Of a DNA stretch of 64,000 nucleotides, positions 23,600 to 35,618 are shown one piece after another. Each line of letters starts with the position of its first letter. Position 1 is the stretch's first letter. The notes under the pieces were generated by a model, which was not told the origin of the DNA, ran no database searches, and saw only the letters and a list, made by a program, of their open reading frames with translations. Source of the stretch: Zancudomyces culisetae HAW-14-8 (taxonomy: Eukaryota > Fungi > Kickxellomycota); NCBI GenBank assembly GCA_052426225.1, contig JBNJNM010000013.1, forward strand, positions 930,001-994,000, read 5' to 3'. The position numbers were made by a program, and so were the translations under genes.

Positions 23600-24740
23600 T
23601 TAGAAGGAAAACACTGAATTGAATCTACCACGTTTTGCGCTGTAAATATCTCCTTTACTAGACCCAAAGTTGGTCATTGATGGCTTTCTCTGTTTAGACC
23701 GGTATTTATTGCTGGAATCAAACAAATCTTCTAATTCTGACGAAAAACTGTTAGAAAGCACTCGTTTGTTTGATACTGGGGGTTCTCCTAGCTCCCTTAA
23801 CCGAGCTTTATTGTTTAGCATTGCTGCTATGATTTTCGCTTTGCTCCTAACTATATCAAACATCAACGCTACATTCTATTTCCTTTGATTCTTTGTTTTT
23901 AAAAAAAATGATGAAAAAAGTGCAGAATACACCAACGTTGAGGAGTGGTGTTATCAGTATTGGTTTTTCGTTTGTAGCAAACATAGAAAAAAGTAAGCAT
24001 GTTGTAGTTACCTTTCACCCCCTGATCTATGCCATATTCATCAATGTATTGAAACTCCTTGAGAGTGCTTACAGTATATGCATTTTTTCTGTAGTATTCA
24101 AAGGCTTGATCTGAGCCGTGGAGCAAAAAACATTCTATGAGCATAAGTGTCTATAATGTACATCAATAGTCTATGCTTAGCTCCTGCAATTTTTAGTTGT
24201 GATGCGAATCATTATGATAGTTTCGAGATACTCGTATTACCTTGAGAATGTGTTTCCAATACTTTCCCTTATCGTTTAATCTTTTTTCAAGAATTACCAA
24301 TATTTCAAACAGCTTTACTCTTTGTTATATATTTTTCGCAGTTTTAAGGTTGTTCCAAATTAGTTGAATAAGTTCAAATGTGTAAATAGTAACGAAAATG
24401 AGCTCGATATATTTAAGGAAAAAAAAACAGATTACTGAGAAAAGCCCATACCTATCAAATGTCCCTTTGACAATTTCATCTACCAGCTGTAGACTTGGGC
24501 ATTGTTGTTCGTTTGATGTAGCTTGTATAACCTTTTTTTGTATTTTTGAATACCCCATGGCGTAGCATTTTCTGGTAAAGCATAAGTAGTAATAGAAATA
24601 GTAATAGAAATAGTAATAGAAATAGTGGTAGTGATAGTGGTAGTGGTAGTGAAAAGTACAGATATATCATCAACCAAAAATTTTGTTAATAGATGTACTA
24701 CTTACAGCGAACGAATTAACCTTTTGGTTGTGCCCTCCAT
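23600..24740 (-). CDS. Short ENTH-domain (epsin-like) protein, ~207 aa. Exons 24740-24706, 24571-24452, 24319-24241, 24150-24012, 23850-23600
   Basis: Spliced MEGTTKRLIRSLKCYAMGYSKIQKKVIQATSNE...LEKRLNDKGKYWKHILKTL...LHGS...TLKEFQYIDEYGIDQGVKVRSKAK gives the ENTH signature; intron phases are consistent. Confidence 0.88.
24586..24651 (+). repeat. Intronic short tandem repeats (GTAATAGAAATA)x3 grading into (GTAGTG)n
   Basis: Direct reading within intron 1 of the ENTH gene. Confidence 0.8.
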
Positions 24741-26276
24741 TCTATTGATGTTATAAACTCGGCTTTTGGTTTCACAGATTACTGGCGCAAAAAGCAAGCT
24801 TTCAGTTAATATATTAAGCAGAAGTAGGCATTCGCGTTATATCAGATGTGGCAGTAGCTATAGTTAAAAGTATTAAAGTGACTGGTAATTATATATATCT
24901 CACTATTATATAAAAATCCTGATACTACCTAGGATCTCTAGCAATATTTATTAGCACAAGAGTGTATATTAAAGCAGTTTTGTTATAGACAAGGTGTAAG
25001 GAATATTATGAAATCGTATTAGAGATACTGAAATTGAGGAGGCGGTAAAAATACACTTTAAGAGTGTAAGGAGAACGAGCTCAAAACATGCTGTGTATAT
25101 AAACAGACGTGAAAAAGGAAACAAGTGTGAATGCAAACATGGCTGAAAGTACGCAATTAGCATACCTGTAGTAATTATTTGGTTTATGTATATTACCAGG
25201 ATCGTCACAAAACTATGAATGATTTTTAGTGCTTACTCGTATGAAATGTTCAGAGACAGTTTATTTGCTTTGTGGGCTTGAGTCTTATAGAAAAATATAT
25301 GACACCATGTCTCGGGATAATTAATAATAATTGATCTGAAACCTTAAAATTAAAAAACAGCCACTCTTCAACAGAGTAAAAGTGTAAATAAAAACCAGGT
25401 ATTATGAGTAATCTTTTACCCCACTAAAGCTTTACTACTCCTCTAGTATATAAAGGAATTCCCAATTAAGTGTGAAAAAAGGGAAGTGTGAGCTTAGTAT
25501 AACGAAGACTAAAAGTTTTATTTTATTACCAGAAAATGCCTTTCAGAGAAAGGTTTTTAGCATTAATGTACTTTTCAGTATATTAGTTGCCTGTTTTTTT
25601 TATAAAGATTATAATACTATAAGATGTGTACTGTATTTTATGGCAAATTTCAAATCGAAACTTATTGAAGGGCACATCGATTCATTTTATCTTGACTGCT
25701 GTAACAACTCAAGTTAACATTGACTTTTTATTGTTTGCTAGGTACTCTTTAAAGCTTAAAAACTGTAGCAAACTGTCATTTATTACGCTGTGAGTGAAAA
25801 AACGCTTTTTTGATGCCATGTTGGTGTATGTACTATGAGCTACATTGTAGGTTAGCGCATCCAAGTATAACGCTTTAAGCGTGTATGCTACCGCCTTTGC
25901 ACTACGCTTACAGGGGGTGTTGTGTTTATCTACATGTAGGGCGATCTCCTATTCCCTAATACGAGTCAAATAACCTGTTGAACTTTGTGTCCCCCAAAAA
26001 GTAAGGGATTCTCCAGGTCAATAAAACAAATTGCAATAAAGCCCGCTGTTGAGTGGAATGTCGCTGCTTGGTGATAATTGGTCCATTTTTGGTCCTCGAA
26101 ACAGAGCTAGCTCAACAAAACCCCCCCCCCCCAAAAAATACCGAATAAAAGATGAAGTGAATTAAAGAAATATGGTACATGGAAGAAGGATATTTATTTC
26201 TATTTTGTTCAAGTGGTGTTTAATATTACCTTTTTTTGCAATAGAATACAGAAAAAACTGCGTTTGTTAAATAATA

Positions 26277-27886
26277 ATGGTATCCTTTAAACTTTATTTG
26301 CACGAGGTGCGGAACGCGGTGAGGATTGCAAGGCAAAGTGCTGGTAAATTCGACAAAAAAACGGAATTTATTTTAGGAAATGAGGCAGCAGGTTAGTGGG
26401 TTTCGTATGTATATGCGTGTATGTATGTGTATGTTTCTTCTTTTGATGGATATTCGAGACAGACGTGATATAAAGAGAAATTTGTAATCCGATTAAGACC
26501 AATTCCAATAATTTAAGCTGCGACGGGTAGTTTTAATACTAACGTATGCAATATATTGCCACCTTTTTTCACACCTTTTTTTATCTATCACAATCGATAA
26601 TGTTAGACATGGACTCTATAATCTCTTCAATTGCACTCGGGTTTTATTTATCATTATTTCCAAGTACGAAGCAGAACGAAAATCTAAAAAATAAGTTGAT
26701 ATTGCCGGTATTCAATATAAATCAACAGGAAATAAAACTTAGAAAAGATTGCAAATACGTATTGGAAAGATTTTTGTCAAGTAGTGTCCCATCGAACCAG
26801 GTATGCAATAGTGAAAATATCATACAAGGTTTAGACACTCAATACCCAGGTATATTCATTGACGAACTAAATTCTGCAGAAGGAAAGGTGGAGGCTGGTG
26901 TTTGTGATAATCTGGACATATACTTGGTCGATCACAATCAATTAAGCGCAAAAAATGAAGGACTTAGGGGGTGCGTAAGAGGTGTGGTAGATCATCATTT
27001 AGATGAAAAGGCATTTTTAGAATCAAAAATAAGAGTAATAGAGAATGTTGGTTCTTGCACATCGGCAATAGTCCTTATGATTAAAGAAAGATTAGAAGAA
27101 ATAGGATGTAACGGGAGCTGTGAAGTTTTGTCTTCAGAATTCTTAATGTCGCTTTTGGCCCCCATAATGTTGGATACTTCAAATTTAGCAAACAGTAAAG
27201 TCACACAAATGGATATCGAAGCTACCAAATGGATTCAAAGTATTCTTTCGAGCTCTACTTTTAGTTTGGATACTGATTTCGAGAAAGGGATTGTTCGCGA
27301 TAATTCTCAGATTATTTCAACAGTTGACAAGAGTAGAATTCCAAGCGAGATAGATGCGTTCTACTCCAAAATCAAAGAACTAAAAAAAGATGTCTCGGAT
27401 TTTTCATCAATCGATTTGATGAATAAAGACTACAAACAAATTGTGGCATATGATGAAAAAAATCATACTATTAATTTAGGTATTAGTAGTGTTCCTCTAA
27501 GGCTGAAGAAATGGATCAAGAAGCGCGGCCCTGTGGAGCTAAATGACGCAATTTCAGCCTTTTTAAAGCAGAAAAATCTCAATATTTATATCGTAATGAC
27601 GATGGGAAATGCTAAAGATGATGAAGGAATCAAGTCATTTGGGCGTGAGCTCACTGTTTACTTTGGCAACTCAGTAAGCCCTACGGACGAAACCAGCTTT
27701 ACAAAAAGTCTTTTATCGAACCAGTGCCTCGATCTCGTTGATTTTAAAAGCATAAAAAGTCAAGATAAAATGGATAGGACATACTATTTTCAACAACTCT
27801 ACACAAATTCTAGTAGAAAACAGGTTTTCCCCATAGTAAACGACGTGGTTTCGAGGATTTCGTTCACTTTACTATCTTCCTTATGA
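26277..27886 (+). CDS. PPX1: Exopolyphosphatase (DHH/DHHA2, Prune/Ppx1 family), ~464 aa. Exons 26277-26391, 26607-27886
   Basis: Splicing restores GNEAADMDS. Also contains LVDHN, VVDHH, VGSCTS, IMLDTSNL, KDYKQ and SSRKQVFP. Confidence 0.9.
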
Positions 27887-29437
27887 ATCGTCTGATGCAT
27901 CAAACTTGCCCCTTATTATTTTTAAGTAACTCGAAAACATCAGTACATTCAATAAACCAAATTGACTTAGCGCATTATAAACTTAATTCTTGCTCATTAC
28001 TAGCTGTGTATTTATAACTGTTCATGCAAAAACTGTAGTGTTCACTTTGTTTCTTAGGAGTTGTACAGAGTATGTATAATTCTAACACGCAACACGTATC
28101 TATGTCCAGCTGGTTAGGGACTATTTAGTTGCTGAGACTGATGCGCTACCCAGTAGCTTCATCTGGGTATTTTTCATTCTACACTTCACACTTCACACTA
28201 CCCTCTCCCTTCTCCCATTTTTCTTCCCTTGGTGCAGTGCTGGGATCAGAAATTGCTAGTAATACACAATCCCCAAGAAATCATTTGGTGATACATTTTA
28301 TAAAGTGCAACAAAAGCGTGGTAATCTTAGTAACCGACCATTCCATGTTTTCATTGGCCTACACAAGTTTTTACATTGATTAAACTTCCATTTCATTCCC
28401 TTGAATAAATTATCTGAAACACTATTTGCCACAATAGTTTTTGGGATGACAAATATAATTATCACCAAAAAAAAATTTTTAATATTATTATTACAGCCAA
28501 AAGTTAGTAACTATATAAATCTGCTATTCCAAGAATATGCAATTTATCCTTTCTATCGAATTTGTTTTTTATATTAAACAAAAATATAAGCAGGAACAGA
28601 AAAGGGTGATTCTCTGTAATAATATATCTTTAGCCTTTTTTTTTGCTCTTTAAAGGGATTGATGATTGAGAATCAAAAGGATTTTCAAGGTTAGCGATCT
28701 AGATTGGAAAAACGGCGGTAGGAATCGGAGATTCTTTGGCTTTATTTGTTTATTTTAATAGAATAGCTGTAAATTATATTTAAAGGGCCACACTCGGCTG
28801 TATTGAACTTTGTAAAATACGCGATAACTATAATTCGTATATAGAAGCCTTTTTGCTTTGTTTTTTTTTTCCAAATATCGAGTAGTCTTTTTTGTCTTTC
28901 ATTCGGAGACATTTGAGTTTTTGAGTAAACCGGAAAAAAGAAAGGGTAATATTAATATCTTAGTGTTTTTTTATACCCAGGTATTATAAACAATACGCAA
29001 AAGACAGAAAGACAGTCACATTCTAACCTTTTCCAAGGAATTCATATCCAACTTAAAAAAGCACACATACACAAAGCTTTGCTCTTGCTTACCTTTTCTA
29101 GCCATAATTTGACAAGAAAAAGCGCCTAAAACTGTACGGTTTATCTGGGTTTGTGACTAATCAAGTAAATTGGGTACGTGGATTAAGCTTAAGTTTTGAA
29201 TGTTATAAAGGTAGTTTGATCTATTGCTGTCAAATTTAAATCAAGATAAAAGATGTGAGCCTATTTCTTTTTTTTTATTCTAACGCAAAGAGTTTATGTG
29301 GTTTGTATGTTAATATAGCCTACAAAGAGAGAGTTGGTGACAAGTGCTGCCATATTGACATATTAAAGAACTATCTGCGAAACCGGTTATTTTTGTTGCA
29401 GTCGTAACGCACAAGCGAGTGGTCATAGGAATTGAAA

Positions 29438-30547
29438 ATGAGTTTGAATGCTGGAAACGCGACCTTGCATTCAGAAGGTGTGAGAGCGGAGCATAATGGG
29501 GCGGAGAGGATGGCAGCGAATGGTGCTGGTGGCACAGCCGGCGCGGAGGGTGTTGTAAATGAGATGGATGGCTCTACAATCCACAAGATGACGGTTGCCG
29601 ATCGACACTTGAATGTTGTTTTAACTTGTCCGGATTGCCGGTCAAGCGTACCAAATATAATAGAGGAATTTGCTAGTGGGGATTTAGTTTGCGGGGATTG
29701 CGGATTGGTGCTGGGAGATAGAATTATAGATACAAGATCAGAGTGGAGAACCTTTGCGAACGATGAGGGTGATGATCCAAGTCGTGTGGGTGCGGCTTCT
29801 AATCCTTTCTTGGATGGGCCGCAATTGGATACAATAATTGCACGAATAGGGGATGGGGGATCGGGGCTTGCTAGAGATCTAAACAAGATACACGGTAAGA
29901 ATACTGCGCAAAAGTACGAAAAGACCTTGGTTCTTGCATACAAAGAGATATCAGCGATATGTGAGATGGTTGATCTGCCAAAAATAATACTGGATGTTGC
30001 CAAACAAATCTACAAGATTGTTGCAGATAAAAAAGTGTTTAAAGGGAAAAATATAGAGACAATAGCTACAGCGTGTGTATTTGTGGCTTGTCGCCAAGAA
30101 AAAGTGCCACGAACATTTAAGGAAGTGGTGGCTATGACACGCGTTCCAAAAAAGGATATTGGGAGAGTGGTTAAAAAGATACAGAAAATGATAGAGACAA
30201 AGGTTGAAAGTATGACAAGTACAGACTTGCTTTCTAGATTCTGTTCCAACATGAAGTTGGGAATGGATGTGCAAAGACTTGCTGGGGTCATTAGTGAGAA
30301 GTCAAAGGATATTAGCACGCTTGCTGGAAAATCACCACTTAGTATAGCGGCAGCCTGTATATATTTTGTATCTCATATTTTAGGAGATCCTAGAGATTAT
30401 AGAGAAATCAATAAGATAAGTGGAGTTAGTGAGGTGACTATAAGAAACACATATAAGAGTTTATTAAGCGAAGTTAGTACAATAATAACCGAAGATGTCA
30501 TCAAATCTCATCCAAAAATCAACGTTTCGAATTTACCGACTGCCTAA
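29438..30547 (+). CDS. SUA7: General transcription factor TFIIB
   Basis: Zinc ribbon CPDC...CGDC, B-reader IIDTRSEWRTFANDE, cyclin repeats (ACRQEKVPRTFKE, GKSPLSIAAACIY, GVSEVTIR). First ATG at 29438. Confidence 0.96.
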   Translation: MSLNAGNATLHSEGVRAEHNGAERMAANGAGGTAGAEGVVNEMDGSTIHKMTVADRHLNVVLTCPDCRSSVPNIIEEFASGDLVCGDCGLVLGDRIIDTRSEWRTFANDEGDDPSRVGAASNPFLDGPQLDTIIARIGDGGSGLARDLNKIHGKNTAQKYEKTLVLAYKEISAICEMVDLPKIILDVAKQIYKIVADKKVFKGKNIETIATACVFVACRQEKVPRTFKEVVAMTRVPKKDIGRVVKKIQKMIETKVESMTSTDLLSRFCSNMKLGMDVQRLAGVISEKSKDISTLAGKSPLSIAAACIYFVSHILGDPRDYREINKISGVSEVTIRNTYKSLLSEVSTIITEDVIKSHPKINVSNLPTA

Positions 30548-30867
30548 GTACGATATGTAAGCCGTAGGTGTATAGCTCTTGTATGGGCACCATGAACAGA
30601 AAATTCTTAAAAATTAATAGCACATTTATTTTTTTTTTACTTTTTTTTTCTTTAGTATGAGAATACCAGATGGGATTGGGGACATAAAAAGCAATAATGG
30701 AATTTAGACTCGAGAGATGTTTTATTTTCTTTTAGATTTAAATAAACTCTTTGCTTTCTAAAAAAAAAAAAAGGAAAAAAGGACTGCAGGTAGGAAAGAC
30801 GAGTCTGTTTTCAATTTATGTGATATATATTTAATAAATTCATCTAACAAAAAAAAAGAGTCTGTTT

Positions 30868-33606
30868 TCAATGGTGTGATGACATCAGAGTTTTGAAAAA
30901 TCCATTTTCAATTTGCATCAGGTCATCATATGAGCCGATCTCGACAATACCACCATCTTCGCCCAATACAAATATCAAATCGCTCTTTTGTAAAGTAGTT
31001 GCACGGTGCGCAATGGTAATTATGGTCTTGTTTGCATCCGCAGAATCGTGAGAAGTGATCAAACTATCGAGAGCCTTTTGTACAGACTTTTCACTTTGGG
31101 AGTCCAAGGCACTGGTGGCTTCATCTAGAATTAAAACGGAGGGTTTTGCAAGCAGGGCGCGGGCAATCGCGATGCGTTGTTTCTGGCCACCAGATAGGGA
31201 AACACCTCTTTCACCAACAAATGTGTCTAAGCCCTTTGGGAATTTGGAAACGAAAGAGGCGGCGTTCGCTTGAGCAAGGGCATGTTCAAGATCTTGTTCT
31301 GTGGCATTTGGGCTTGAGTATAGCAAATTGTTTCTGATTGTTGTGGCAAACAGTACGGGTTCTTGTGGTACAATGGCTACCTGGCTACGCCAGTTGTTTA
31401 GGTTAAGCTGTTTCAGGTCGATACCGTCGATCAGAATCTGTCCATTTCCATTTTCTAGATCATACATTCTCAGTAATAACGAAATAATTGTGCTCTTTCC
31501 TCGGCCTGATGGACCTGCTATCGCCACACGAGATCCTGGCTTTATATCAATATTCAGATTGTCGAACACCAGCGAATCAGGTCTTGATGGGTACGAAAAT
31601 TTGACATTCTTGAACTCAATGTGTCCTTTACACTCACCCAAACCATTAGGGGTATCGGTTCCAAACTTTAATCCTTTATCGGTGTTAAAATCTATTTTAG
31701 GGTTTCGCTCAAGTACATAGAATAATCTTGAACTGGCTCCAATACCTTTCATTGTTTCCGAAAAAAATGAACTCAATCCAGCAAGAGAACTCCCGACAAA
31801 CGCTGTGTACAATAAAAACGAGGATAGATCACCAATACTGATTTCGTTGTTTAATACCATCTTGCCTCCCACCCCAAGGAACATCAAGATACACATGTTT
31901 CCAGTAAATCCATTACCTCCATAAAACAGACCTGAGGCAAAGGCTTCCTTTTTTCCCAGTTGATAAACGTAATCCACGGCCTTTTTAAAACTAACAACTT
32001 CCTCAGCTTCCCGCCCGAATGCTTGTACAACTCTGATGTTGCTTAGTCTTTCTTCAGCCTCTTTTGTTATGCCACCCATCGCCTCTTGAGTCTTTTGGGT
32101 TAGCCGTTTAATAAACCGTCCATAAATCACTGCATAACCCGCAACCGGTATTACTGCAAGCATCATAACCATGGTTAATTTTGGACTCATGTACAGCATC
32201 ATTGAAAGTCCAGCAGTTACTGAAACTACGCTGCGTAGTCCGTCCGAAAGGTTTTGACTGATACTTTTACTGACTATTGTGGTATCTACTGTCAATCTGC
32301 TAACCAAGTCACCAGTTCGGTTAATTTCAAAAAATGTCATATCCTGTTTCAAGATGGACTGGTATAGCTTTGATCTCAGTCGTGCAATCAACTTTTCTCC
32401 TGCCAGTCTTATCAAGTATACTCTTCCAAAATTAGCTGCTGCCCCTACTGTGAATATTGAAGCTAAAACCCCAAACATCTCGTTCAGAGTAAGCCCAAAG
32501 GGGATGGTTATCTCTGGTTTTGTCACCACATCTATTACCTTACCCATGAAAAACGGCATTGACTATTATAGTTATTATTATATCATTAATAAAAGGATGC
32601 TTTTTTCCTATTAGGCTAAACATCTTTTAAAAACATGAAACCACTTTTGATCTAAATTGACGTATCAAGTGTTCACAAAACCCTGAAAAAATGTGTCGGG
32701 TCTTAAACCACTATAGAATAGAAAATAATGTCTTACCATTGTTACTGAAGAAGAAACAAATAGTAGTCCAACCGCACCAAAAAGCAGTCTATATTCCTTT
32801 TTAGCAAGCTTTAACAATCGTTTCCAGGCTGTCGAGCTCTTTAATCCTTTCATCAATTCTTTTTCTTCATCAGAAGAATATCCAGGTTTTGGTTCTGCTT
32901 TTTTTGATGTCGATGTAGTTCCAGCCTCTGTTGTAGGCGGTGTAGTCGTAACTCCTGCAGCTCCTGCATCTTTATTTGTACTATTGGGCATACCTTCGCT
33001 ATCCTGTGAGGCCATTGTTGCCATGGTATCTTCACTGCTTTTTCTGGATTTGCCATTCTTAGCGTCCACACTATCTGGATCTGCAACATTATTTGTGGCC
33101 ACACTAGAATACCCTCTTCTCTGTGCTCCCAGCTTTGCTGATTCTAACTGATTATATTCATTTCTGAATACTTTAAACCCCGAGATCAGCGGTGCTAGTT
33201 CATCTTCACCTTTATCTTCTCCTACAATCCTTTGCACCTGTTCATCCCTAATGTTGATTATCGTGCTAGAATTCAATTCTATTTTTCTTCTTGATCCAGT
33301 TTGGTAATTCGCCCCTCCAGCGCCACCTAAATTCTGGTTATTTTTTTTACTTTTTGTGAACCATGAAATCATTTTTGACCTCTGCTTTACTTCACTATTC
33401 TTATTGTTAAGTATTCCCACCTCGTTGCTTATGTCAAATATATCGTTTTCGCCACGTTTAAATCGAACTTTAGATTTTTCCAAAAGTGTGGAGGTTGTGT
33501 TTATTACCCCAGGTTCGCAAACAGATTTATATGCAATAATTGCCTTTACGATAGATACTCCTTCGCTCTGCCTTAGAATATGTCTCTTTGCAATATTTGT
33601 TATCAT
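30868..33606 (-). CDS. MDL1: Mitochondrial half-size ABC transporter, Mdl1/Mdl2/ABCB10 type, ~854 aa. Exons 33606-32737, 32562-30868
   Basis: GAAANFGR and NRTGDLVSRL in the TMD; Walker A GPSGRGKS, signature LSGGQ, Walker B ILDEATSALD. GTAAGA..TAG intron joins VTM|SMPF. Confidence 0.9.
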
Positions 33607-35618
33607 ATGGGCCTATCTGAATCGATACTCTACTACAAAAATGAGTACAACCTAATACTAAAAAACAAAAGTGGTAAAATCCCTAAAAGCTAGTTCCCTT
33701 AGAAAGAAGGGGTGGTTCTATGTCTTTCACCTTCACAATATCTTGGTTAGTTTGGTTTTTTTCGACAAGAGAACCTCTTCCCTTTACTATGTATGGTAAA
33801 TAGATTTGTTAAAATAATCTGGAAAATACGATTTATTCATTTACGCACATAACATAAATGTCATTTCCCGCTTTTTGGTGATTGCCGAGAAATTTATCCC
33901 AAATATTGCTGATACTTTTTCTTATTTATTGATTTGTATTTTTTTTTTTAGGAATGTGGGGGGATAGGAAAGGAGGGGGCGTTATTATCAAGAAGTAATG
34001 TTCATTTATTGGTTGGTTGAATGCTTTATTTGCGAAATCTAAAATATCACCCCATAGATTCTTCAAACGAATCATTTGTTGTCTATGTTGTCTATGTCGC
34101 CTTTGTGGACTATGTTGTGTTGATGCTGGATATGATGTACTAGATACTCTGCATCAAGGAATTAAGGATACAATATAAACACAACAACGTAGCCTAGCTG
34201 ATAATACTGAGGACCAGGCTGCACTATGTTTATATCTGTGACTTGGTTGATGATTCTTGGTTTAGCACGATTCTGTAACTATAGTAATACGTCGTAACCT
34301 TTCCTCAGCTCTTCTAGTGGACAAGATATCAGTGTCTATTTGTTTCTGTGCTGTTTATTTTTTTATAATTGAGTGGGGGGAGGGGGGAGGGGTTGAGCAG
34401 AGTGAGTTGAATTCATAGCTTGCAAAGTGGGATCAAAACAGATACTAAAAATGTTTATTTTGATACAGCAGTGTCTTCAACCTATTTCACTATCGAAATC
34501 AAAAAGATACGCGTAAGAACAAGCTTTAATACACAAAGTTAATGTGCTGGTCTAAAACCAGGTTTACATACAGGCTGTGATATCCAATGTTTGCAGATCG
34601 AGTTAGTCTACACCAAGATTGTGTTGATACCCTAAAATGTGTATGGTATTCTTACCCGCAAATGATATTCCATTATTTTTATAAAACCGAAGCGTCTTTC
34701 CCCATAATTATATGATAATTGAATCAATTTTGGAGGATTTTGGTTGATTTAAAAACTAATCCATCAATCACTTGCCTTTTTTTTTTCCCTTTTTAACAAA
34801 AACAAAAACTTTTCGCTAACGGATCAGAAAGTAGCTGCAGAAATGGAAAAGGGTGAATGTTGGGCCTTTCATAGGCAGACATGCAACTTTTTTCTTTCTG
34901 TAGTTAGCAAACTCACTCTTGTTTATTTGTTTCATCTGCATAACATGGGGATGTAGATTGGTGAACATGGGGATACGGTTTTTAAATTGACGGTTTTGTT
35001 AGAAAAAAGTTTTAGAGTAAACTAAGAATGAGGTTTAGCAAATTAGCTAATTCGTCTTTCTAGGCTGTGCAGGAAAATGTCATTTAACCCAATGTGGTTT
35101 GTTGCTCCTACAGTTCAGTTAGGAGATTTGCATTTGACTGCTGCACCACAACAACATTTATTTTCAAGATAACACATAACATTGTCTACACGAGCCTGGT
35201 TTCGTGAGGTCCTGAGGATGTTCGAAACCATTTGTACATCGAAGCAACCTTCGCATCTTCCGACGTCCTTAATTTAGGGGTGATTAGTGTTTGTACAACA
35301 TGTATCAAACACTTAATTACCCTGTCCAACACTTGAACGTGTGACTAAGTGTCAAGTTAAATGACTACTTTAAATCAGGAAATTGTGAGGTGTGAGCGGA
35401 AATGCTTAATTTTAGCCAAAACAAAAGCATATGTATAATTACCAATAAAAACTACACAACCCCATCTTTTTCCTGGAAAGTTCTGATTAAAATATTCAAA
35501 CAAGAACCATAAACTACAAGCATTTTGCTAAAAGCGACTTTTTATATAAAAAAAACAGTTTGATATTGTTGTCCAAAGTAAAATTAAAAATATATACAAA
35601 TGCATATTCAATCCAAAT

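Noticed and set aside
35197-35250. Hammerhead-ribozyme-like core CTGAGGA...GAAA
   Set aside because: Helix I cannot form in either type I or type III topology, and helix II lacks the closing G-C pair.
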